A stretch of DNA of 64,000 nt from Methanothrix sp. (GCA_040770465.1 JAXGJB010000001.1:96771-160770), one strand, 5' to 3'; numbered from the stretch's first letter, positions 1 to 9,557 are shown. The notes: generated by a model not told the origin, from the sequence alone. Made by a program: numbers and translations.

Positions 1-998
1 CGCAGCCTGATCCTGTCGGTGAGGCCGATCATCCGGCCGGTCTCGCCGATGATGATGGCGAAGGGTCCGTTCATCAGCAGGGGCCCGTAGACCATCCGCA
101 GGGTGGTCAAGAGCTTCTTCTCCTTCTCATTCATCCGGTCGATGGCGTTCCATATGGGGGGGGCCAGGATCTTGGCCACGATATCGATGGGAAGCTTCTG
201 CCGCCTCATCAGGAGGTCGGCGGCGTAGGCGATCACCTCGGTATCGGTCTGGAGGGTGCAGGCGTAGCCGTACATCTCCAGGTACCAGCGGTTGGTGCCG
301 TAAGACGAGATCTCGCCGTTGTGGACTATCGTCGTGTCCAGGAGGCTGAAGGGATGGGCACCGCCCCACCAGGCCTGAGTGTTGGTGGGGAATCTCCCGT
401 GGACGGTCCAGGTGTGGGCCCGGTAGAGCTCGTCCAGCATGAAGTACTCGCCGATCTCCTCGGGGTAGCCCACGCCCTTGAAGCAGCCCATGTTCTTTCC
501 GGAGCTGAAGACGTAGGCGTTCTCGATTCTGGTGTTGACCGCCATGATCTGGTCCACGATGAAGTCCTCTTCTGTGCGGCCGCCCCAATCCCCGCCATCT
601 CCACCATTTCCACCATCTCTGGGGAGGACGAAGTAGCGCCAGAGGAGGGGCGGGTCGCTGACGGGGACGGAGTCGTCGTGAGGGATCTCCTCGTCGCAGA
701 CGACGTCGAACTTCGAAGAGAGGAAGGTCTCGAATTCCCGTTTGGCGGCCTCTTTGGCGACCACGTTCTTGCCGGTGAACATGAGGTGGAAGGCGTAGTA
801 GTCTCGATACTCGGGGTATATGCCGTAAGCTGCAAACCCTCCACCCAGACCGTTGCCTCTGACCCGCATGTTGGCTATCGCCTTCATGACTCCCTCTCCG
901 GTGAACCGGTCACCGTCCCGGTTCATGGCCCCGAAGATGGAGCAGGCACAGATCTCCTTGTTGTATAGCTCTCTTCTTTTTCTTCTAATCCCTGGCAT
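1..998 (-). CDS. Class II glutamine amidotransferase, glutamate synthase large-subunit domain 1-like (3' end runs off the window)
   Basis: Manual minus-strand translation: MPGIRRKRRELYNKEICACSIFGAMNRDG...RGNGLGGGFAAYGIYP...FSSGKNMGCFKGVGYP...HGRFPTNTQAWWGGAHPF...HNGEISSY. Not in the ORF track because it has no stop inside the window. Alternative in-frame ATG at 1016. Confidence 0.85.
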   Translation of the reverse strand, partial: MPGIRRKRRELYNKEICACSIFGAMNRDGDRFTGEGVMKAIANMRVRGNGLGGGFAAYGIYPEYRDYYAFHLMFTGKNVVAKEAAKREFETFLSSKFDVVCDEEIPHDDSVPVSDPPLLWRYFVLPRDGGNGGDGGDWGGRTEEDFIVDQIMAVNTRIENAYVFSSGKNMGCFKGVGYPEEIGEYFMLDELYRAHTWTVHGRFPTNTQAWWGGAHPFSLLDTTIVHNGEISSYGTNRWYLEMYGYACTLQTDTEVIAYAADLLMRRQKLPIDIVAKILAPPIWNAIDRMNEKEKKLLTTLRMVYGPLLMNGPFAIIIGETGRMIGLTDRIRL

Positions 999-1130
999 AA
1001 TGATCTCGAACCTCATACATCGGCCTGATACTCATGAATCGATAACTTGCAGGCAAGAAGTGGTCGCAAGAGAAGGGAGGTCGAGAGCTATTTTATAGGT
1101 ATTTGAGAAGTCTTGGGAAAGTTTGAGAAA

Positions 1131-1151
1131 CGTTCATAACAATTATGAACG
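1131..1151. promoter_or_regulatory. Perfect inverted repeat CGTTCATAA-CAA-TTATGAACG, candidate operator upstream of the GATase TATA box (1091-1097)
   Basis: Palindrome read directly; near-copies lie upstream of amtB and glnA. Confidence 0.6.
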
Positions 1152-1194
1152 CCGAGGTCGGGTGCGGTCCGATTTTGAAACGATCTTGATATCA

Positions 1195-1351
1195 TCCCCT
1201 GGCCCCGGGCGGCGCCGAAAAGGGCGACCCCCGCCGTCACCAGGAGCCCCGTAAAGATCATGGCGGAGTTGAAGATCGTCGCCGAGGGCCGGGCGACGAC
1301 GCTATCGGGCGGCATCGAGGCGCCCAGGTCACTGATGGCCTTCTCCGCCAT
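1195..1351 (-). pseudogene. DUF998-like membrane protein fragment
   Basis: AISDLGASMPPDSVVARPSATIFNSAMIFTGLL resembles the ISDLG...P...IFN motif of DUF998. Only about 50 codons look coding, and the fragment abuts an AT-rich segment. Confidence 0.5.
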
Positions 1352-1538
1352 GTCTAGCGGATGACAGCTGGTTTATAATTGTGAGTGATTCTTACCACGA
1401 GCAATGGTATTTTATAAGTATTTCTTTAATAAATATGTCTGGGGTAATCCAGTGTCTAAAGATGCTCCTTGTTGGAGATAAAGCCACATAACAATTTCAA
1501 AGAAGCTGCCCCAAGAAATTCGCCTTAAATGTTGAATT

Positions 1539-1907
1539 TCAAGTCCAAAACTTCCACCAAGGCCGTGAAAGATCCTTTTTGATAGCCGGAATTAACTCCG
1601 TATCGATTAGTTTCCGTAATTCGACGAGAGGAATTGATCCAGATTCAAGTGTAGCTATAATTCTTGATGAGATCTCTTTAACTTCGTCATTACCAAATAT
1701 CATTGCTATATTGTTTGCTTGTCTTAGTTCGGGTTTCCAGGTGGTCGGATTCATAGGCCTTCCTTTATCTAGGTGCCCGAGAAGATCCACATAAGCTTTT
1801 TCGTTTATATTAGACTCTTTTTGCCAACCTCCGATAAGCACTCCGACTACCAAGCCGCCTATTAGCGTGATAGCTGAGTTTGTAACAATATCAATAGCCG
1901 ACATCAT
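1539..1907 (-). CDS. Hypothetical protein with N-terminal TM helix and C-terminal RPWWKFW motif, in an AT-rich insert
   Basis: 122-aa ORF with a hydrophobic N-terminus; codon usage is AT-rich unlike the flanks. Confidence 0.6.
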   Translation of the reverse strand: MMSAIDIVTNSAITLIGGLVVGVLIGGWQKESNINEKAYVDLLGHLDKGRPMNPTTWKPELRQANNIAMIFGNDEVKEISSRIIATLESGSIPLVELRKLIDTELIPAIKKDLSRPWWKFWT

Positions 1908-2222
1908 CTATACCATCTCGTAGAACTTAGAAGGGTACTCCTCTGAAATACCTTTCGTTAAAGGTCTTTTAGCCTTTGGTTGTGAATATTCTAAGGCTTA
2001 TCGCAGACCAATATTGTTAGGACTTCGGCCTCCTCTATCGTCGTCCTAATCACGACGCCCTAAAGTTCATCAAAGCCTCCAGCTTCCTCCAACCTTTCTT
2101 TCCGCCCTATGCCCCTTCGGAAGGTCCCCAACGGTCTGTGCCGTCCGTGAGCCTTTCGCACGATCCCCCCTCCAGCTCTCCCCACCGACCGCCTTTTATC
2201 TCCCGGCCCCCGATTCCCGACC

Positions 2223-2789
2223 ATGATCGTCCCACCCTCCATCCAGACCGAGCGGCTCATCATCAGGCGCCACCTCCCCCAGGACTTCGAGCCGATGCGC
2301 TCCAACTTCTGCGACGAGGAGGCGACGAGGCTTCTGGACATGACGGCGGAGCAGAAGACCAAAGAGGCGGTCCGCGCCCTTCTGGATGCGGTGATCGACT
2401 CCTACGACTCGGGGGAGCCGATCTTCGCCCTGGCCATCGTGGAGAAGGAGGAGGGCAGGTTTGTCGGCTCCTGCGGGATGGCCCCCGACGATCTGGACCC
2501 GCGCGAGATCCAGATCTTCTACGTGATACTTCCCGAATACCAGGGCCGCGGCTTCGCCTCGGAGGCGGCGGCGGGGCTCGTCTCGTACGCTTTCACCAAC
2601 CTGGGGGTGGAGAGGCTCTTCGCCTCCATGGCCGCCGAGAACGCCGCCTCGGTGAAGGTGGCCGAGAAGCTGGGGATGACCCTGGCCGGGAATGGAGAGA
2701 AGGAGGTGGGCGGGGTAATTTATCAGAGCCGACGCCGCATCCTCGCCAAAAGCCGGTTCTTGGAGCTCCGGAAAAGAGGGAAATGCTGA
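2223..2789 (+). CDS. GNAT N-acetyltransferase (RimJ/RimL family)
   Basis: IQTERLIIR, YQGRGFASEA (acetyl-CoA motif A), ENAASVKVAEKLGM. Confidence 0.9.
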   Translation: MIVPPSIQTERLIIRRHLPQDFEPMRSNFCDEEATRLLDMTAEQKTKEAVRALLDAVIDSYDSGEPIFALAIVEKEEGRFVGSCGMAPDDLDPREIQIFYVILPEYQGRGFASEAAAGLVSYAFTNLGVERLFASMAAENAASVKVAEKLGMTLAGNGEKEVGGVIYQSRRRILAKSRFLELRKRGKC

Positions 2790-2809
2790 AAATTTTGCGG
2801 CGGATGAGG

Positions 2810-2910
2810 GGGAGGTTTGGATCGGTTTGGGGCGGATTCGGGCCGGGTTCGGGTCCTGTTTGGTTCGGGTTGGGTTTGGTTCGGTTTTAGGGGGGGGTCT
2901 GGTTAGGAGG
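2810..2910. repeat. G/T-rich low-complexity tract (GGTT/GGTTCGG units and a G8 run)
   Basis: gtttggatcggtttggggcggattcgggccgggttcgggtcctgtttggttcgggttgggtttggttcggttttagggggggg between convergent genes. Confidence 0.6.
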
Positions 2911-3012
2911 CGGCAGGCGATTTCGCGCCTCCCGCCTCGCGCGCCGCCTTCACCTCCGTCTCCGGCAAAGCCGCCGCCCGGTGTCGTCTCCCAGAGTGAG
3001 GCGGAAGCCGAA

Positions 3013-3363
3013 CTATACCGCCCCCGACCCCCTCTCCTTCGTCCGAACCCTCACCACGTCCACCACGGGGTAGACGAAGATCTTTCCGTCCCCCGCCTCG
3101 CCGGTGTGGGCGGCATCGCAGACCAGGTCGACGAGCCGGTCGGCATCTTCGTCCTCCACCACCACCTCCAGCTTAATTTTGGGGAGAAACTCCACCTTGT
3201 AGTCCCCGGCCCGCCACTGGAGGGCGACTCCCTTCTGCCGCCCCCGGCCCTTGATCTCCGTGGCCGACATCCCGGGAAAGCCGTTCCTGTCCAGGACCTC
3301 CCTCACCGCGCTCAGCCTCTCAGGCCTGATTATCGCCTCGATCTTCTTCATCTCAGAAACCAT
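3013..3363 (-). CDS. glnK: Nitrogen regulatory protein P-II
   Basis: MKKIEAIIRPE, GRGRQKG, FLPKIKLE, TGEAGDGKIF; directly downstream of amtB. Start may be the MKKIE Met. Confidence 0.95.
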   Translation of the reverse strand: MVSEMKKIEAIIRPERLSAVREVLDRNGFPGMSATEIKGRGRQKGVALQWRAGDYKVEFLPKIKLEVVVEDEDADRLVDLVCDAAHTGEAGDGKIFVYPVVDVVRVRTKERGSGAV

Positions 3364-3399
3364 CCGTTATTTTTTTTGCGCTCGATTTTTTTCCTATCT

Positions 3400-4671
3400 T
3401 CAAACGTAAGCCCCCTCCCCGTGCTGGCTGATGTCCAGGCCCACCGACTCCTCATGGTGTCCGACCCGGAGCCCCATGGCCGCATCGACCACCTTGGCGA
3501 TCCCGAAGGTGGCGACGAAGGAGTAGATCCAGACGATGGCGGCGGCCGCGGCCTGAACTCCCAGCTGGGATGGGTTTCCCGAGAGGAGGCCGGTAGCGCC
3601 GATGGAGGCGAAGATCCCGGTGGCCACCACCCCCCAGGTCGACCCGATCCCGTGGCAGGCCAGGACGTCCAGGGAGTCGTCCACCTTCTTGCTGCCCCTG
3701 ATGAAGAGGATGGCATAGTACCCGACCAAGGCCGCGCCTATGCCTATGGGTATGGCCGCGAGGGGGGTCACAAACCCGGCTGCCGGGGTGATGGCCGCAA
3801 GCCCAGCCACGGCGCCGGTGACGATCCCGAGGGCGCTCGGCGCCCGGTCCCGCCAGGAAAGGAGCATCCAGGTGGTGGCAGCCGCGGCGGCCGAGGTGTT
3901 GGTGGCCACGAAGGCGTTGGCGGCGATCCCGTTGGCGGCCAAGGCGGAGCCGGCGTTGAACCCGAACCATCCAAACCAGAGGAGTGCGGCCCCGAGGACG
4001 GTGGTGGGTATGTTGTGAGGCTCCATGGGGTCCCTGCCGAAGCCCCTCCTCACCCCGATCACCATCGCTATCGCCAGAGCCGAGACCCCGGCGCTGATGT
4101 GGACGACGATCCCGCCGGCGAAGTCGAGAGCCCCCATCTGGGAGAGGAAGCCCCCACCCCAGACCCAGTGAGCTATGGGGTCGTAGACGAGGGTCGCCCA
4201 AGCGAGGGAGAATACGAGAAACGAGCTGAACTTGATCCTCTCAACGTAGCTTCCGGTGATCAGTGAGACGGTGATGATGGCGAACATCGCCTGGAATATC
4301 ATGAAGGTGAGAGAGGGTATGGTGAGTCCCTCCATCGCCTCCATCCCGACCCCCCGCAGGCCAAGGTGGTCGAGCCCCCCGATGACGCCGCCGACGTCGG
4401 TGCCGAAGGCGAGGGTGTACCCTATGAGGATCCACTGGAGGCTTATAATCCCCATGATCGCGAAGCTGAATATTATCGTCGATATTGCATTCTTCTTTCT
4501 CACCATCCCCCCGTAGAAGAGACCCACTCCGGGGATCATGATCAATACAAGGGCGGCGCTGATCAGGACCCAGGCGTTGTCCGCAGGATTTATCGTGGAC
4601 TCGGCTGCGGCAGTCCCGATGAGCCCCATAAGCATCGATAATAGCAAAATTCTTCTTAACTGGAGCTTCAT
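3400..4671 (-). CDS. amtB: Ammonium transporter
   Basis: FYGGMVRKKN, FQAMFAIIT, DFAGGIVVH, LWFGWFGFNAGS, DDSLDVLACHG; N-terminal signal peptide. Confidence 0.97.
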   Translation of the reverse strand: MKLQLRRILLLSMLMGLIGTAAAESTINPADNAWVLISAALVLIMIPGVGLFYGGMVRKKNAISTIIFSFAIMGIISLQWILIGYTLAFGTDVGGVIGGLDHLGLRGVGMEAMEGLTIPSLTFMIFQAMFAIITVSLITGSYVERIKFSSFLVFSLAWATLVYDPIAHWVWGGGFLSQMGALDFAGGIVVHISAGVSALAIAMVIGVRRGFGRDPMEPHNIPTTVLGAALLWFGWFGFNAGSALAANGIAANAFVATNTSAAAAATTWMLLSWRDRAPSALGIVTGAVAGLAAITPAAGFVTPLAAIPIGIGAALVGYYAILFIRGSKKVDDSLDVLACHGIGSTWGVVATGIFASIGATGLLSGNPSQLGVQAAAAAIVWIYSFVATFGIAKVVDAAMGLRVGHHEESVGLDISQHGEGAYV

Positions 4672-4692
4672 AGTTTGGAGGACAACTCCTCA

Positions 4693-4752
4693 TTTTATAA
4701 GCATATTTGTGCTAAAATAAGCTATATTCTTAGAATATATGAAAATTTCATA
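4693..4752 (-). promoter_or_regulatory. amtB promoter: TATA box (4693-4700) and palindromic operator-like sites (4723-4752)
   Basis: TTATAAAA on the minus strand 22 nt from the ATG (probably leaderless mRNA). TTCTTAG-AAT-ATATGAA at 4727-4743, overlapping inverted repeats TATATTCT-T-AGAATATA and TATGAAA-A-TTTCATA. Confidence 0.55.
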
Positions 4753-4976
4753 GCTTTGAATTTACGTAATAGTGGATCTTGAGATAACATAATCTATCCA
4801 GAAAAGAAGAGCGTCCAGGTCGTGAAAGCCGAAAGATCCCCGTACCATCGATCGTGACCGTTTCAGATCCGAGACGAATTATGCCGCCGAGTCGACGTTT
4901 TCGATTCCTCGACGTTTTCGATGATACCTGATGTGTCTGAGGTCCCCAATCCAAAGATTTTGATAGTCTGTCGCCA

Positions 4977-5324
4977 TCAGGTTTCGAACTTTGCCATCTC
5001 ATCACCACTCCTGATTTTTATCGATCTCGCCACGGGGCTGACGAATATCCTGCCGTCTCCGATGTTCCCCGTCCTGACGGCCTCGGTGATCGTCTCCACC
5101 AAAAAGTCCACCTCATAGTCGCAGACTACGAGCTCTATCCTCGCCTTTGGAACCGGTGCCGAATTTTCTGTCTTGCCGTTGTATCGGAGCTTTATTCCCC
5201 TCTGCTCCCCTCGGCCCATCACCTCGCTGATGGTCATGGAGACGAAACCCTTCTCCTCCAGAGCGGCGCGAAGCCTCTCCAGCCTCTCCGGTTGGATTAT
5301 GGCCTCAACCCTCATCAACGCCAT
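4977..5324 (-). CDS. Second P-II family protein with divergent T-loop
   Basis: VEAIIQPE, GRGEQRG, PKARIE, RTGNIGDGRIFV, IRSGD. Confidence 0.9.
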   Translation of the reverse strand: MALMRVEAIIQPERLERLRAALEEKGFVSMTISEVMGRGEQRGIKLRYNGKTENSAPVPKARIELVVCDYEVDFLVETITEAVRTGNIGDGRIFVSPVARSIKIRSGDEMAKFET

Positions 5325-5574
5325 CCGCCCCCAGCCGCAACCGTGCGGCTTCTAGCCGTCTCCGCCATGCCAGCCTGACCACTTGATATAATGTGATACT
5401 TCTTTGAAAAACGAGACCGTTTGCGAGGTGGTTTCAGCTCCGATTCGGGCGCGCCCGTTTGGGTGGAGATATCTTCTCGGCATGATGGAAGGGAGCGCGC
5501 CCGCATCGTTATTGCTCGTCAGATCTCTGTAAGATCTCAATCAGATCTTCGTTTGTTTCCTCCTGCAACTCCGC

Positions 5575-6912
5575 CTACAGCAGCGGCAGATACTTCTCGA
5601 TCTCCCACCTGCTGACGTCGGTCCTGTACTCGTCCCACTCGACCTTCTTCGAAGCGATGAAGTTGGTGAAGATGTGGTCGCCGAGAGTCTCTCTCATCAG
5701 GTCGCTATTCTCTGTCAGCATCAGGGCCTCGATGAGGCTTCCAGGAAGCGACTTGATTCCGGCCTTCTCCTTCTCCGCCTCGGTCATCTTGAAGATGTCC
5801 CGCTCCATCGGCTCGGGGAGCTCGTACTTGTTCTTGATGCCGTCCATCCCGGCTGCCAGCATCACCGCAAAGGCGAGGTACGGGTTTGCTCCGGGGTCGG
5901 GGCTTCTGTACTCCACCCGGGTGGCGTTCTCTTTTCCGGGCTTGTACATCGGCATCCGGACCAGGGCCGACCTGTTCCTCCGGGCCCAGGATATGTAGAC
6001 TGGAGCCTCGTAGCCGGGGACGAGCCTCTTGTAGGAGTTGATCCACTGGTTGGTGACGGCCGTTATCACCGGCGCGTTCTTGAGCAGGCCAGCGATGTAG
6101 TGCTTGCCCAGGTCTGAGAGGTTGTACTTGTCATCGGGGTCGAAGAAGGCGTTCCTCTTACCCTTGAAGAGCGACTGGTGGACGTGCATCCCCGTCCCGT
6201 TCTCGCCGAAGATCGGCTTCGGCATGAAGGTGGCGTAGTAGCCGTACTGCTGGGCGATCTCCTTGACGACGATCCTGTAGGTCATCACGATGTCGCCCAT
6301 CCTGAGAGCCTCCTGGTACCGGAGGTCGATCTCGTGCTGGGAGGGGGCCACCTCGTGATGGCTGTACTCTACGTTGATCCCCATAGACTCCAGGGTCAGG
6401 ATCGTATCTCTCCTGAGGTTGCTCCCGGCGTCCATCGTCGTCATGGCGTCGAAGTAGCCGCCCTTGTCCAGAATCTCGGTACTCTTGTCGTCTTTGAAGT
6501 AGAAGTACTCCAGCTCCGGGCCAACATACAGGTCGTAGCCCATATCCTTCAGCTTCGCCAGGTTCCTCTTGAGGACGTACCGCGGGTCCCCCTCGTAGGG
6601 GCTGCCGTCGGGCTGGAGGATGTCGCAGAACATCCTGCCCACGTTCTGCCCCTCCTTCGCCCTCCACGGGAGGATCTGGAAGGTCTCGGGGTCGGGCTTT
6701 GCCACCATGTCGCTCTCTTCGATCCTGGCGAAACCCTGGATCGAGGAGCCGTCAAAGCCCATCCCCTCTTCAAAGGCTCCTTCAAGCTCCGATGGGGAGA
6801 CGGCGAAGCTCTTTGGGAGCCCCAGAATATCTGTGAACCACAATCGGACGAACTTGACGCCCTTTGACTCAATCGCCTCAAACACCTTATCCTTGCTGGA
6901 CGACGTTACCAT
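5575..6912 (-). CDS. glnA: Glutamine synthetase type I
   Basis: FDGSSIQGF, GPELEYF, HHEVAPSQHEI, FMPKP, NGTGMHVHQS, KRLVPGYEAP, RVEYRSPDP. Start at MVTSSS preceded by GGAGG. Confidence 0.97.
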   Translation of the reverse strand: MVTSSSKDKVFEAIESKGVKFVRLWFTDILGLPKSFAVSPSELEGAFEEGMGFDGSSIQGFARIEESDMVAKPDPETFQILPWRAKEGQNVGRMFCDILQPDGSPYEGDPRYVLKRNLAKLKDMGYDLYVGPELEYFYFKDDKSTEILDKGGYFDAMTTMDAGSNLRRDTILTLESMGINVEYSHHEVAPSQHEIDLRYQEALRMGDIVMTYRIVVKEIAQQYGYYATFMPKPIFGENGTGMHVHQSLFKGKRNAFFDPDDKYNLSDLGKHYIAGLLKNAPVITAVTNQWINSYKRLVPGYEAPVYISWARRNRSALVRMPMYKPGKENATRVEYRSPDPGANPYLAFAVMLAAGMDGIKNKYELPEPMERDIFKMTEAEKEKAGIKSLPGSLIEALMLTENSDLMRETLGDHIFTNFIASKKVEWDEYRTDVSRWEIEKYLPLL

Positions 6913-6951
6913 CTCTTTTTTGCCTCCTTGCTGAAAAGTCGTCCTTGACGA

Positions 6952-6989
6952 TTTATATCTGTTTGAGACGAGTTCACAAATGTTATGAA
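6952..6989 (-). promoter_or_regulatory. glnA promoter: TATA box (6952-6958) and palindrome TTCACAA-ATG-TTATGAA (6973-6989)
   Basis: ATATAAA on the minus strand; the palindrome differs from the core at 1133-1149 by one arm base. Confidence 0.6.
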
Positions 6990-7203
6990 GAATTAAGATG
7001 GGAGCCGGATCATAGAAAAATCTCTGGGCGGTTGAAAGCTGGATATCCGGGGCCCAATATCCAGCCGTAAACGATATCCAACAACGCAAACCCGTAGATG
7101 GACTCCAGTCTGGAGGGCAAAACTCAATCAGATTTCGGGACCATCTTCGATCGGATGCCCAACAAAAAACTTGGTCTTGAGAAAAATCCCGGTCTATATC
7201 GGA

Positions 7204-9015
7204 TCAGCGGCCCCAGAAGGGGTCTCTATTCCTCTTGATATCCAGAAACTTCTCCAGGGCCTCCAGCTCGTCCTCGGAGAACCGCTGCTTCAGCTCGGCC
7301 TCGATGATCTTGACGTGCTTTTCGGGGATGTTGACGAAGAGTATGTCACCCTCGTGGATCTGGCGGCCGACGGTGGGACCGTCGATGGATACCGCCACCT
7401 CCTTTCCGACGCCGGCGGAGCCGACGTTCTCCCCGCTGGCCTGGACCCCTTTCACCGTCCCGATGACGGCCCCGTCCTCCCTCATGAGGCTGACGCCGTT
7501 TGTGATCTGGCCCCCCACCACCTGGACGCCGACGACGGCTGGCTTGCTCTGTCTGAAGACGTAGTCGGGGATGATCCTGATCATGCCCGGCCTGATCACC
7601 GCCTGGAGCCTCTCCTGCTCCATCCTCATCTTCTGGTCAGCCACCCAGTCGTCGTAGTGCTCGATGAGGTTGTAGATGACCTCGGAGAGGAAGATCGGCA
7701 CATCGCTCTTCTGGACCTCGGCGAGGGCGTCGGGGAGGATCTTGACGTTGAAGCCCAGGACCGCCGAGTAGAGGGGGTCTTTTATGGCCGCGGCCCTGAT
7801 CACGTCCCGTCTGGTTATGGGGCCGACGTCGGCGGCGTGGATCGGCACCTCTTTTGCCTCCAGCTCCCCCACCAGGGCCTCGAGGGAGCCTATGGTGTCT
7901 GTCTTGATGATGACACCGACGTTCTCGGTATCTATCCTCGCCGTATCCAGCTCCGACTTTATCTCCTGGAGGACTACCTCGATATCTTCGCCCTCCTCCA
8001 CCACCCTGACGGTGGAGCCTGCAAGGGCGTTCTCGATTTTTGGGGCGCTCACCTTGACGCCGCTTGCGGCCGCCACGTGCTTGACGGGAAGAAACCTCTC
8101 TTCGCTCCTGATCTCCGAGAGGGGTCGCGGCTTCAAAAGGGCCCTGATCTTGGTGACGATCGGCTCCTTGAGGGTTCCCACGACGACGGTGTCTCCGGCC
8201 CGAAACTCGCCGTCGTAGAGGATGACGTCGAGGGTGGTTCCGAGGCCCCTCTCCTCCTTAACCTCGAGGATCGTTCCGACGCCGGGACCGCTGGCCCTCA
8301 CCTTCAGGTTGTCCTTCAAGAACTTCTGAGCGAGGCCCAATAAAACCATCAGAAGGTCCGGGACCCCCTCACCGGAGAGGGAGCTGACGGGCACTACGCC
8401 CACGTTCTTGGTGAAGTCGCTGATCCGATCGTACCTATCCGAGTTGAAGCCGTACTTGTAAAGCTCCCCTATCAGCTCGTAGATCCGGTTGTCCAGATCT
8501 CCAGTAACTCGCTCGCTCTGGGCTTTTAGGGTCGCGGCCAGGGGCGCCCCCTCAACCGGCTGCCATCCGGATATCCGGTCTATTTTATTAGCCGCCACCA
8601 GGAAGGGGGTGCGGTACCGTTTCAGGATGTTTATCGACTCTATCGTCTGGGGCTGGAAACCCTCGTTCACGTCGACGATGAGGACGGCGAGATCGGCGAG
8701 AGAGCCGCCCCTGCTCCGCAGGGACGTAAAAGAGTGGTGGCCCGGGGTGTCGATGAAGAGGAGGCCGGGTATCTGGAAGTCTCCTCGAAAGAGGGGTCCG
8801 CAGACCTCTTTGACGACGTTGAGGGGGATCTCGGTGGCTCCGATGTGCTGGGTTATGGCCCCAGCCTCACCGTCGGCGATGGTGGTGCCTCTGATCTTGT
8901 CGAGAAGGGTGGTCTTGCCGTGGTCAACGTGGCCCATCACGCAGACGATGGGAGTTCTCAGGTCGGACTCGGTCTGGCCCTTCCCCTTCTTCGCCTTCCT
9001 CGATTTCTGCTTCAT
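7204..9015 (-). CDS. infB: Translation initiation factor aIF5B (IF-2)
   Basis: GHVDHGKTTLLD, ITQHIGAT, DTPGH, NKID GTPase motifs; ends DPFWG. Confidence 0.97.
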   Translation of the reverse strand: MKQKSRKAKKGKGQTESDLRTPIVCVMGHVDHGKTTLLDKIRGTTIADGEAGAITQHIGATEIPLNVVKEVCGPLFRGDFQIPGLLFIDTPGHHSFTSLRSRGGSLADLAVLIVDVNEGFQPQTIESINILKRYRTPFLVAANKIDRISGWQPVEGAPLAATLKAQSERVTGDLDNRIYELIGELYKYGFNSDRYDRISDFTKNVGVVPVSSLSGEGVPDLLMVLLGLAQKFLKDNLKVRASGPGVGTILEVKEERGLGTTLDVILYDGEFRAGDTVVVGTLKEPIVTKIRALLKPRPLSEIRSEERFLPVKHVAAASGVKVSAPKIENALAGSTVRVVEEGEDIEVVLQEIKSELDTARIDTENVGVIIKTDTIGSLEALVGELEAKEVPIHAADVGPITRRDVIRAAAIKDPLYSAVLGFNVKILPDALAEVQKSDVPIFLSEVIYNLIEHYDDWVADQKMRMEQERLQAVIRPGMIRIIPDYVFRQSKPAVVGVQVVGGQITNGVSLMREDGAVIGTVKGVQASGENVGSAGVGKEVAVSIDGPTVGRQIHEGDILFVNIPEKHVKIIEAELKQRFSEDELEALEKFLDIKRNRDPFWGR

Positions 9016-9104
9016 GACCGATCACATCCGGACCCCGTCAGTTTCGAAGGCGGCGACGAGGCCGCCTTCCGGTCAGATCTAAGACCTAAGTGACGAACGC
9101 CGGC

Positions 9105-9554
9105 TCATTCGTAGAGCCAGGCCTCGTCTATCCTGGTGTAGCTCAAAAGCTCGGCGTCGCTGAAGTGGAGCGAGATCTCGCGCTTCGCCGATTCGGGAGA
9201 GTCGGAGCCGTGGATGACGTTCCGCCCCATGTCCAGCCCGAAGTCGCCCCGGATGGTTCCAGGCTGGGCCTTCGTGGGGTTTGTAGCCCCGTTCATCTTC
9301 CTGACCTCGGAGATGGCGTCTTTTCCCTCCACCACCATCGGGACCGAAGGGCCGGAGGTGATGAAGCCCACCAGGTCTCCGAAGAAGGGCTTTTCCGCGT
9401 GCTCGACGTAATGCTCGCGGGCGACGTCCTGGGGCAGAGTCCTCATCTTCATGGCGACGATCTTCAGCCCTTTCGCCTCGATCCTCTGGACGATCTTGCC
9501 CACCAGCCCCCGCTGGACGCCGTCGGGCTTGATCATTACGAAGGTCCTCTCCAA
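9105..9554 (-). CDS. ndk: Nucleoside diphosphate kinase
   Basis: [32 protein letters not shown]; TTG start. Confidence 0.97.
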   Translation of the reverse strand: MERTFVMIKPDGVQRGLVGKIVQRIEAKGLKIVAMKMRTLPQDVAREHYVEHAEKPFFGDLVGFITSGPSVPMVVEGKDAISEVRKMNGATNPTKAQPGTIRGDFGLDMGRNVIHGSDSPESAKREISLHFSDAELLSYTRIDEAWLYE

Positions 9555-9557
9555 GCC

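Noticed and set aside
2827-4266. Long plus-strand 479-aa ORF, and similar antisense ORFs such as 7171-8343, 40828-42060 and 51895-53037
   Set aside because: Shadow frames opposite well-supported genes, expected in high-GC DNA; no recognisable motifs.
6913-7089. 59-aa N-terminal extension of glnA in the ORF track
   Set aside because: It covers the TATA box and palindrome; the GGAGG SD supports the start at 6912.
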